In this document: positions 37,274-50,063 of the stretch, piece by piece
Layout of the letters: every line of letters starts with the position of its first letter
Position numbering within the stretch: the stretch's first letter is position 1
Source of the DNA: the human T2T-CHM13v2.0 reference genome, Homo sapiens
Strand: one strand, 5' to 3'
Length of the DNA stretch: 64,000 nt
Assembly (NCBI RefSeq): GCF_009914755.1
Contig: NC_060926.1
The notes under the pieces: generated by a model
Told to the model about the DNA's origin: nothing
What the model saw: the letters and a program-made list of their open reading frames with translations, nothing else
Databases searched by the model: none
Position numbers and translations under genes: made by a program

Positions 37274-39121
37274 AGTGCATCTGTGTAACTTTTATGATAT
37301 GTAGAGTCTTTGGTAACATAAAAGAATTTATTTAGAAATGCACATACAGTCTGTCTTTGAAAGACTTTGTCTTAAAAATATTGTAAGCCCTCATGTGTCA
37401 CAGAATGTTGAGAAAATTAGAATTAACCACTTAAGGAGAGGACACCCATGACACATTTTGAGAAACATCTGCTAAACTTAGTAACATGGGAATAGTGGAT
37501 TAATCTACATTATTTTAGAGTCAGAATTTAAGGTATCATTGAATTAATTAGATGGATGAATGAGTAGGTTAAATTAAATAATGAATAGATTTTAAGATGC
37601 ATGTTTTACAATATAAACCAAGTTATTGTTTTATAGATTTGGATAAAAGTCTATAGCCTTAGCACATCTGTAGGATGCATTAGTAGAAATGGAATGAACA
37701 GGGCAGTGGAAGTAACAACCTTGTACACTGTGCCCCTCAGACTGATTTGGGGTTTGGGTGTTCAGTGTTCATTATTGTCTTTTGGTTAATAAAGTCAACC
37801 AAGTTTGTGAAGGACCTAGAAACATGAGTGTGTTTAGCACGCAGAAGTACAGACTGAAGAGAAATATTATGGCTGCCCTATAAACACGCCTTAAAATGTT
37901 TGTAAACAGGCCACTAAATGATTAACTGTCCTACAAAACAAGACATACCTAATAACAGGGGACACTTCAGGAAACTCGGTGTCGAGGGGCTAAAACTTAT
38001 GTGAAAGGCTGAGACGTAATTCCTTTCTTCTCATGCACAGTCTCTGTCCCAGGGGACTGATGGTAATGATAGCATCATAGAACTGGAATGTGCCTATGGG
38101 CCATCTAACCTTATATGCTGTTCAGGATAAAAATACTCTTATCATATCCCTGGCCAATAGTTATTAAGAAGCTATCAGATCACCTCTGTGGACAGGAAGC
38201 TCAGTACTTCCAAAGACATTTCATTTCAAGGTTGTTGGGGAACTCTATTCCACAGAAAAGGCTTTCTTGTAGTTGTTCCGTTAAACTAGAGGACAGAGGA
38301 GGGTCCTTATTTATCCTTCACTAATCCAATCCTGCATAGCTAATTGTTAGATACATTTTCCAGAATGTCAGATGCTCCTAATTTCTCTTAATGTCAAATG
38401 GATAAAATATACATATGTTCTCTTGGTATGGTGTGTTTATTTGTTTGCCATTTTTTACCATTCATAGATATTTGAAGACAGAAGGCTTACTCTCTCTTAG
38501 ATAGTTTTATGGTGTTATTTCTTCCTTACGTATTTAGCGTAATTCACAGGAGAAGACATTTGGTCCTGAAGTTTTCTTTTAGAAAGTGTTTCGGTTATGG
38601 AGCAAATTAATAGCTATACTATTATTCAGATTTCCCATTACTACTTTGTGTCAGTTTTAATAATCTGTATTACCTTAGAAAGTGTCATTTTATCCAAAAT
38701 GTCAAATGTATTAATATGAAATGTTTTCCTAATATCCTCTTTTCTTTTTAATTTATATAGCAACCCCCATCCCTTTTAGTTATATTGCTACCTGTGCTAT
38801 ATTTGTTTTTCTTGAATTAGGCTTGCCAGTGGTTTATCAATGTTACCAATTTTTCCCCCAAAGAATCAGTTATTTGTTTTGTTGAAAACATTTGTCTATT
38901 TCACTAATTTCTGATCTTTGTTTTCTTTTCCTCTACCTTTTTGTTCAATTGCTACTATTTCTAATTTCTTTAGATGCATACTTAGGTCATTGATGTCAGC
39001 CTTTCTTCTTTTTCTGAAATGTAAATAAAAGGCTGTAAATTTCTATCAGTCTAGATTCTGACTTTAACTGTGTCCCTTAATTTTGTGTCATTTTCTTATC
39101 TTTAAGTTCAAGTTTTAAAAA

Positions 39122-40043
39122 AATTTCCTTTTATTTTTTATCAGCATATAATAATTGTACATATTTATGGGGTATGTAGTGATGTTTTGATACTTAAAAT
39201 GTATAGTGATCAGATCAAGGTATTTAGCAAATCTATCATCTTGAACATTTATAATTGGAACATTCAGTGTATCTTCCTTCTACCTATTTGAAACTATATA
39301 ACTACAAAACACTAGAACTTATTCTTCCTATTTAACTGTTGTATTAGTCCGTTTTCACACTGCTGAAAAAGACATACCCGAGACTGGGCATTTTACAAAA
39401 GAAAGAGATTTAACTGGACTTACAGTTCCACATGGCTGGGGAAGCCTCACAATCATGGTGGAAGCCAAGGAGGATCAAGTCACATCTTACATGGATGGCA
39501 GCAGGCAAAAGAGAACTTGTGCAGGGGAACACCTATATTTAAAACCATCAGATCTTGTGAAACTTACTCACTACCACAAGAACAGCAAGGGAAAGACTTG
39601 TCCCCATGATTCATTACCTCCTACCAGGTCCCTCCCACGACATGTGGGAATTCAAGATGAGATTTGGGTGGGGATACAGCCAAATGATATCAGCTGTCAT
39701 TTTGTATCTTTTAACAAATCTATCTTTAACTTTACCTCCCCTCTACCCTTCCCAGCCTCTAGTTATCTTCTGTTCTACTTTTTACTTCAGTGAGATCAAC
39801 TTTTTTTTGCTTCCACTTATGAGTGAGAGTATGTGGTGTTTAACTTTCTGTTCCTGGCTGATTTCACTTAACATAATGTCCTCCAACTCCATCCATGTTA
39901 CACAAATGACAGGATTTCATTCATTTTTATGACTGATTAGTATTCTGTTTTGTATATACACCACATTTTCTGTATCCATTCATGTATTTTTGGACACCTA
40001 GGTTGATTCCATATCTTGGCTATTATGACTGGTGCTGCAATAA
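39122..40043 (-). mobile_element. L1MA-type 3' fragment
   Basis: Antisense L1 3' UTR/ORF2 end; 19-bp TSD TAAGTTCAA(G/T)TTTTAAAAA at 39103-39121 and 40044-40062. Confidence 0.8.
39340..39692 (-). mobile_element. THE1 (THE1A-like) solo LTR
   Basis: tgtattagtccgttttcac...gggtggggatacagccaaatgatatca; 5-bp TSD ACTGT/GCTGT. Confidence 0.9.
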
Positions 40044-40354
40044 TAAGTTCAATTTTTAAAAATTATTCTGATTTTGTTATTGACCCATGGATTATTTAGA
40101 AATATATTGCTTAATATGCAAATACTTGTGAAATTTTTCTTGTTCTATCAGTTGTTGAGAGAGGTGTTAAAATTGCCTGCTACGATTATGGAATGGATTT
40201 TTTTCTTTCACCTCTGGCAAATTTCAGTCTGTGTTTTTTTACCTTTACAATGGGTGTCTTATAGACAACATGTAGTTGAGTCTTGCTTCTTTTCTACATT
40301 CTGATATCTCTGCCTCTTAATAGGGGTGTTTATTGCAGTATAATCTAAAGTAAT

Positions 40355-40898
40355 TGATCCTGGCATACCCCAAAGTTGGGGCCTAGCCTGAGAGGGTTTT
40401 TGGCTCTGCTCAGGAAAGAATTCAAGGCTGAGCCAGCAGTGAAAGAAAGCAAGTTTATTAGAGTAGCAGGTACAGCAGAATGGCTGCTCCATAGGCAGAT
40501 CAGGGCTATCCCAGAGGTGGGGTGGCCCAGCATAGTAGCAGCAGCGTACAGCAACAGTAGCCATCCGGAGCAGCAGTCCCTGTAAATTGCTGGCTAGCTA
40601 TATTTAATACTCACTCTTAATAATATGCTAATTAAGGGGCAGGTTATTTCGAATTTTCTAGAAAATAAGTGGGGAGTTCTTGGAACCACGTAAGATAACT
40701 TCTGGGTCACTGTCGTGGCATTTGTGAACTGTCATAGTGCTGGTAGGAGTGTCTTTATGCTAATGAGCAGTGAGGGTGACTAGAGGTTGCCTTCATGGCC
40801 CTCAGTTGGTTCTGGCCATTTTTTCTGCTACAGCCTATTTTGATTAGCAGGGTCATGATTAGTGCTCAGAAAATAAGTCCTGCTGATCTCCTACCTCA
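40355..40898 (-). mobile_element. ERV1-class solo LTR (possibly MER66-like)
   Basis: TG...CA termini, perfect 4-bp TSD TAAT (40351-40354 and 40899-40902), minus-strand AATAAA near 40455. Family uncertain. Confidence 0.75.
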
Positions 40899-40933
40899 TA
40901 ATTATTGATGTGGTTAGATTTAGGTCTATCTAA

Positions 40934-41331
<398 letters not shown>

Positions 41332-41766
41332 TTTTTGTATTATTTTAAAGGGATTACTCTAGGAATTATAATGTATGTAGTAACTGATAGACCGTTTGTA
41401 TTATAATTCCTAGAGCAATCAGGAATTTGACAGTTTAAGTTTTCATAGCCTATTTAGAGTTAACATAGTACCTCTAAACAGAAAATATAGAAATCTTGCC
41501 TCCAAGTAGCTCCTCTTTTTGGCCTGAAAATCAATCCCCTACTTATGCCCCATGCCACACCCTTAGTGAAAACCACCATGACAGTCTCCCAGACAGTAGT
41601 AGGATTTCCTCTTACTCTGTGTTGGAATTATTTATTCACATTATATGTTGTTGTTCACCTCTTTCTTTTCCTGACAGGCTGATTTCTCAGACATCAAGGA
41701 CCCAGTCTTACTCACTTTTGTGAACCCAGAGGCCCAATTTTTAAAAAATAGATTTGATGTGGATGA

Positions 41767-42108
<342 letters not shown>

Positions 42109-42681
42109 AAGAAGCTCTTATTATAGCTTTATTTTATTTGGTCCAGTACCAATGACTTACAAATAAAACCAACATATTTGTAGTGATTCATGATAAACTA
42201 TGTTTGTAAGCCCAGAAGTCATAAACTTATAAAGAGGGAAATAAATAATGAATTAATTTGATTTTAATAACTAAATTTACTGTGTGCCAGATGCTTTGTT
42301 TAATAAGCACTTTATATCAGTTATCTCCATTAGCCTTTAAGTTTTCTATTTAAAGTAGGCACTATTATACCCCATTTTACAGGAGAAATTGAGACCTAGA
42401 GAGGCTAAGTCATTTGTGCAGCATATTGCTAATAAGTGCTACATGCAGGAATTAAACCAAGGTAGAATGAGGCCAGAACTTATGCTATCAACCGTCTTGT
42501 TCTGCTTTAGGGAAAGGGAACTAACCTTTATTGATCATTTACTATGGGTTAGTCCATATGCTATGTACTTGGTTTAATCTTCAAAACAATCCTATGAGAT
42601 TTGGGCATTATTATTCTCAATTAGACATTGAGACACAGAGAAAGTAAATAACTTTCCCAGGGTCACAAAGATAGTTAATAA

Positions 42682-43003
<322 letters not shown>

Positions 43004-43192
43004 CTAACCAGGGTTATACTCTCATACCACCTATGGCCACCTTTACCAATTATATATTTGTTTATATTTTGTAAAATATCACTAATGCAGATACTAGCTA
43101 ATTAGAAGTTATGCCATCTGTTGTGAGAGCTAATAGAAGTCAAAGCAATTAATATTAATTTTGTTTTATTTCATTAAAAAGTGATGGTTATC

Positions 43193-43547
<355 letters not shown>

Positions 43548-45882
43548 TTACTGGCTGATTAATGTTTTGAATAATTTATATTAATAAAAATACCACTTTA
43601 GAAGTGATAGAAGTGCAAATTTGCAAGTAATCACTTGCTATCTATTTTGTATGTTAGAATGGAGACTTATTCAAGTAATTGCATGAGTTTTTTTGCATTT
43701 TCCTCTGTCGGTACGGCTGACTGACCCTTAGCAAACTTTGTTCATACTGAGCATATTAGATGGTTCTGCCTTAGTCAATTCGCTGATGGTCTACTGGTAA
43801 CACCAAATCCTGGCTTAGGTCTCTGGAGGATATTTGTAAAGCAGTGTTATACTTTTTGGCAATGATTCTAAAGTGAAGTAACACACAAAATTCTATTTCA
43901 TGGGTCCTCAAGGAGGCACTGCTAAATTACATTACAAAGGCATTTGACTCATAATATGATTTCATTCAGTAAATCTATTGAAATTACTATTGAGAGAAGG
44001 GCTTAATTTCACTCCCTTTGTGATATTGATGGTCAGTAAAATGAAATCGAACTTGCTCACATTACATATGTACATTCAGTTTTCCTAGAACCTTGAAGCT
44101 TTTTGATTTTGTTTTCCTAAAGGTTTTCAAAAGGAGCCCATTTAGCATCTAATTGCTTGTGCCTTCCACATTGTTCTTACAGTCTAATGTCTTCTCAGTT
44201 TACAAAGCACTTTTAAAATTAAAGTGGTTAATAACTAGAATTACATTATTTCCTTCAACTAAGTGAACTAATGTCCTGAAACAACTTTTACTAATGTGCA
44301 CTCAGTAACAAAGAACCAACTGTATACATGTTAATTTGAGGAGCTTTCAAATAATTGCCCTCAAAGTTGTTTTTTTTCCTCCTCTCTAGTGGTGCTGCAA
44401 TTATCTTTTCAAAGGGATGATTTATTACATATACACACATGGAGCTCCAAAACAGCCTTGCTACTCTCAGCATTATGGAATTGTTATAATTTGCTTCATT
44501 TATCATAACAAACAATATAGTTATATGCTCTGATGGATCTAGAGCAGCATTTGTCATTTGATTATTATGCTATAAAGGTCTGATGTAGAACTAGAATTAA
44601 ATGAAATAATACTAAGAGCTCCTACGTCCATGCTGCTTTTCTTTAATACTCAGTCCTTCCCTGAGTGGAAATACTGAGTACCCTCTTTTGTCCATATTTT
44701 GCCATAAGTGGGTTCTTAAAAAGTTAGATGTAAATCTAAGTTTCAAAAATAGAATTTGGTTCTGAAAGTACTTGGGGAATCAGTCTGTTGAGTGATTTTA
44801 TTAAAAGCAAGTATCTCTTTTGACATACCAAAGTCACTTACCAGTTTCAGTTTACAAGGATAAAATCAACTTAGTATTATTTGCTACATTTTTGGCACGT
44901 ACTGTGGGCAATACCACAGTACCTCAGTACGTGCTGAATGTAATTAAAAGACATCTACACTTTTATAATTCAGTGTATGTATATTCGTTTTTCATAGATC
45001 ATCTCGAAGACTTTTTAAATGACTCAGTATTCCACAAACATTAATCGCTGGGGCACTCCTAGCTATAGACTGAAAGTATGTGTGATGAATGATGGGTAAG
45101 ACATTGTTCCTGCCCTTAGAATTTAGTGTAATGAAATCACTTTGAATGAGCAGGATGCAATGTGCTTTATTTACTCTTCGAACTAGCTGAATTTTAGCTG
45201 GCTCCCTATGAGCCCGTTAAAGGAAATAGGAAAGAGCTAGCCACATAACTTTCTTTCAGCATCGTTTTATTATACTCGTTCTGCTTTAATAAAATAAATT
45301 TATGAAACCGATACATTGAGGCACAAGAATACTCATTACCAAAACTTTCAGCCTAGGCTCCTTTTAGATAAAAAGTTCCTCGGAGTGCATCTGAAATCAC
45401 ATTTTGTTTGGACAAAAGAAGAGATAATGTACCTGTTTTCAGGGGGCATATCTGTTATTAAATGAGACTCCACAGTCTTGATCAATATTCTGCATAAGGA
45501 CTTTTTGGCTACAAAGCGCTTGTCTGGACTGTAGCTTGCATTTCAGACCTCTTCTTAATGATTACCAAAAAAATACTGAGTGTGAACTGCAGTACTGTGA
45601 GCAGGTAAAGGCAGATTGGTCTTTGAATGCTTTGAGAACCCTAGATAAATGAGCACTAGAAAGTGCAGGTGAGACCCCCAAGAAAGCCTGCCTGGCTGGA
45701 GAAAAGAATGTGTCTTGTAGCATAGTGCTGGATTAAAACAGACATGTAGAATGAGGTGAAATGATTGAGAATCTTAAGGCAAAGCTCTTATAATTAATCG
45801 AACCATTTGCATGCAATTAATTATGGGCTTTGTGATACGTGCTGGGAAAACACTTACTGGATTTGTTCTGCTTTTAACATAA

Positions 45883-46380
45883 TGTTAAAGAAAAATATTG
45901 TTTATAACATTTGTTAAAGAACAGTAAGACAGATTTTATTCAGGTAACTGTTGTAACAGGTATAAGAACTACTGCAGTGGAGTTTTGGGGTAGGGGAGAG
46001 AGATTGGGCTCAACTCTGAAAATAAGGAAAAGTAAAAGTGTATCACCAAGGAGTGAGGGTGAGAGTGTGATATCAGTGGATGAAAAATTACTAAGAGGAC
46101 ACATGAGGGGTAAGGGGGGATTCTGGCTCAACCATCCTAGGAGGGTATTCTTGCTGAAGGCAGATCAGGGTGACCAGACATTACCTAGGGGTTGGTGGAA
46201 GATGAGGAACCCAATCAGATATCCAGCATGGGGGATTCTGGCTAAACTAACTTAAGAGGATATTAGCTAAAACTGGACAATGCAGAGACAAATACAGAAG
46301 CATACATGAAGTCAGAGCTAGTTGAGAAGAGGGTTCAGAGGAGCCTGACTAGAGTTTGATCAAGGAGAGCATCTTTGTCG
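45883..46380 (-). mobile_element. MER31-like ERV1 solo LTR
   Basis: tgttaaagaaaaat...gaggagcctgactagagtttgatcaaggagagcatctttgtc. Confidence 0.75.
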
Positions 46381-46609
46381 ATGGAACACTGAAAGGCCAT
46401 TATGGCAACCTCTTGGATATTTGAAAGAAAATGGATTTGTGGCTTAGACCAGAGTCATTATTTTACAGGTATTGTCAAAGGTGTACCTAATGGAAATAAA
46501 GCCTTTTTCCCTCATATAGCTAATAGTTAAATGAATTTACTGTCATTTTTCTGATGGCAGTATTTCTTGTATCCTGTGCTTGTTTCCTGCATTTGTTTCT
46601 TCTTTTGGG

Positions 46610-46754
46610 GAGGATTTGCCAAATAAAATCCAGAACCCAGTTAAATTTGAATTTCAGATAAACAACAAATAGGTTTTTAAAGTAAGTACATCTCAAATTA
46701 TTTATTTGAAATTCAAATTTGACTGCTATCTTGTATTTTTATCTGGTTAATCTG
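46610..46754. mobile_element. MER53-like palindromic hAT MITE, internally deleted
   Basis: Arms aaatttgaatttcagataaa / tttatttgaaattcaaattt are reverse complements. Confidence 0.75.
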
Positions 46755-48369
46755 TATTTTGAGGTTATATTCTTTAACAGATCCTTTAGTGAGGGTCACT
46801 AAAGTATATACTTTATGTGTCTGAAAATATCTTTATTTTGCACTCATTTTATAATGAGACTACTCGTGTGTACAATTCCAGGTTGATAGTTGTTTTCTAG
46901 TGGTGCTTGACTACATTATACCAAAGTCTTCTGACTTCTGTGTTTTGACACCTCTTCCTTTGTAGATAATGTGTTTCTCTCTTTTGAGATAATCTCCTAA
47001 TTCTTTATGTTCTGTAGTTTTATCATTATGTGTCTATATTTAGATTTATCTTTATTTTACTCAGTGTAATGTCACTCTGAAAACTCATGTCTTTCCTCAA
47101 ATTTGAAAAGTGTTCACCTATTATGTCTTCAAATATCACTTTCCACCATGCTTTTCTGCTGAAACTCTCATTAAACAAAAGTTGGAGTGTGTTTTTCATG
47201 GCTCTTAAAAAATCTTTTGTCTTTTTATTCTCTTTTTCGCTGCATTTTGAATGGTTATCTCAGTTCCATTTTCCAATTTTCTAATTTCTGCTTTACTATG
47301 CCCATCTAGGCTTTATCTCATTTGTTACATTTTTAATTTTAAGACTGTTTTTCATTTCCAAGGTTTCTAATAAATTATTGTTCATAGCTACCTGTTCTTG
47401 TTTTATATTCTTTAAGTATTCATTTAACTGGTTAAGGTATGCTAAAAATCCTTAAAGAATCTTGGTAAGACCATTTCGTAAAATTATTCTCATCTAGAGA
47501 ATATTTGTGTTCAAATCATTGGCTTCAATTAGTTTCTTAGCAAACAAGCATTAAAATTTTTAATTGGGTTGATAAGCTCACTTTGAATCAGAAGTTTATT
47601 TTCATCCTCCCCACCCTTTTCCTTTTTCTGTCTAGCAATTTTATGGAAATTTCCACTTGGAGTTTGGGGCCGTTGGTCTAGAGCTAGATTATAATGATAG
47701 CTTCTGACCCATGGAGCTTTTCTTTTTATGATACTGTTTGCATAAGAATGTGATAATTTTCCTTTTTCTAATATTAGTAAATTTACTTTTTGTTCATGAT
47801 TGCCTTACACAACTTTTCAATCTACTTATTTATATATTTTGCTAACTTTTTTTTTATTTTTATTTTTTATTTGTTTATGTTAACTTTTGTTGAATGACTA
47901 TTCAGTGGAGCCATTGTGTTAAGTACATTGGAGACAACCTTGTGAGATAAGTAGTGGTTTGTGTGTGTCTGTGTGTGTATGTGTGTAGCTCCCTCTTTTC
48001 TAGAGCTTATCACTACCCTTTCAACTTCAGATCAATTTTATCTTACGAACTTTCAAATAATTCAGTAAGTGTTTTCTTTAGTGTCTGGCTTCTTTCACTC
48101 AACAGTATATGGCCAGCACAATTTTTATTTTTAGAATTCTGCCTTATAAAGTGAAAATATCCATTGATGTTTTTATTTAAACACCTTTTCCCCTCTTCCA
48201 TCTTGTTCTTCTCTGACTTCTCTGCTTAGACCCCATTGCCCCAAAGTTACAGCTTTGTCTCTAAAGTTGCCTTCAGTTGCATTATCATAAGTGAGTTGCT
48301 ATGTTTATTTCTTTCTAGAAGGTTTTTGGGAATATATAAGAGAGTGATGTGGGCATAAAGATGAAACTT

Positions 48370-48409
48370 AGACGAGATCGGGCACATTCAGGGTGGTATG
48401 GCTATAGAC
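48370..48409 (-). pseudogene. 3'-truncated 5S rRNA retrocopy (nt 1-40), inverted at the 5' end of an L1
   Basis: Reverse complement GTCTATAGCCATACCACCCTGAATGTGCCCGATCTCGTCT vs 5S GTCTACGGCCATACCACCCTGAACGCGCCCGATCTCGTCT: 36/40, all mismatches at CpGs. Confidence 0.93.
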
Positions 48410-50063
48410 ACGAGCATTCCTATACACCAATAATAGACAGACAGAGAGCCAAATCATGAGTGAACTCCCAGTCACAATTGCTACAAAGAGAATAAAATAC
48501 CTAGGAATACAACTTACAAGGGATGTGAAGGACCTCTTCAAGGAGAACTACAAACCACTGCTCAAAGAAATAAGAGAGGACACAAACAAATGGAAAAACA
48601 TTCCATGCTCCTGGATAGGAAGCATCAATATCGTGAAAATGGCCATACTGCCCAAAGTAATTTATAGATTCAATGCTATCCCCGTCAAGCTACCATTGAC
48701 TTTCTTCACAGAATTAGAAAAACTACTTTAAATTTCATATGGAACCAAAAAAGAGCCCGTATAACCAAGACAATCCTAAGGAAAAAGAACAAAGCTGGAG
48801 GCATCACACTACCTGACTTCAAACTGTACTACAAGGCTACAGTAACTGTATATGCAGAAAACAGAAACTGGACCCCTTCCTCACACATTATACAAAAATT
48901 AACTCAAGATGGATGAAAGACTTAAATGTAAGACCTAAAACCATAAAAACCCTAGAAGAAAACATAGGCAATACCATTCAGGACATAGGCATGGGCAAAG
49001 ACTTCATGACTAAAACACCAAAAGCAATGGCAAAAAAAGCCAAAATTGACCAATGGGATCTAATTAAACTAAAGAGCTTCTGTACAGCAAAAGAAACTAT
49101 CATCAGTGCAAACAGGCAAACTACAGAATGGGAGAACATTTTTGCAGTCTATCCATCTGACAAAGGGCTAATATCCAGAATCTACAAAGAACTTAAGCAA
49201 ATTTACATGAAAAAAATCAAACAACTCCATCAAAAAGTAGGTGAAGGATACGAACAGACACTTCTCAAAAGAAGACATTTATGCAGCCAACAAACATGAA
49301 AAAAAGCTCATCATCACTGGTCATTAGAGAAATGCAAATCAAAACCACAATGAGATACCATCTCACGTCAGTTAGAATGGCGATCATTAAAAAGTCAGGA
49401 AACAACAGATGCTGGTGGAGAGGATATGGAGAAATAGGAACGTTTTTACACTGTTGGTGGGAGTGTAAATTAGTTCAACCATTGTGGAAGACAGTGTGGT
49501 GATTCCTTAAGGATCTGGATCCAGAAATACCATTTGACCCAGCAATCCCATTACTGGGTATATACCCAAAGGATTATAAATCATTCTACTATAAAGACAC
49601 ATGCACACATATGTTTATTGCAGCACTGTTCACAATAGCAAAGACTTGGAACCAACCCAAATGCCCATCAATGATAGACTGGATGAAGAAAATGTGGCAC
49701 ATATACACCATGGAATACTATGCAGCCATAAAAAAGGATGAGTTCATGTCCTCTGCAGGGACATGGCTGAAGCTGGAAACCATCATTCTTAGCAAACTAA
49801 CACAGAAGCAGAAAACCAAACACCACATGTTCTCACTCATAAGTGGGAGTTGAACAGTGAGATTACATGGACACAGGGAGGGGAACATCACACACTGGGG
49901 CCTGTTGGGAGGTGGTGGGCTAGGGGAGGGATAGCATTAGGAGAAATACCTAACGTAGATGGCGGGTTGATGGGTGCAGCAAACCACTATGGCACTTGTA
50001 TACCTATGTAACAGACCTGCACATTCTGCACGTGTATCCAAGAACTTAAATATAATTTTTAAA
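48409..50063 (+). mobile_element. 5'-truncated L1PA7-like element with internal deletion and frameshifts
   Basis: Broken ORF2 fragments (48456-49853), 3' UTR, short A-tail; 16-bp TSD AAAGATGAAACTTAGA at 48357-48372 and 50064-50079. Confidence 0.93.

Noticed and set aside
48370-48409. Functional 5S rRNA gene
   Set aside because: Only nt 1-40; the internal control region and terminator are missing.
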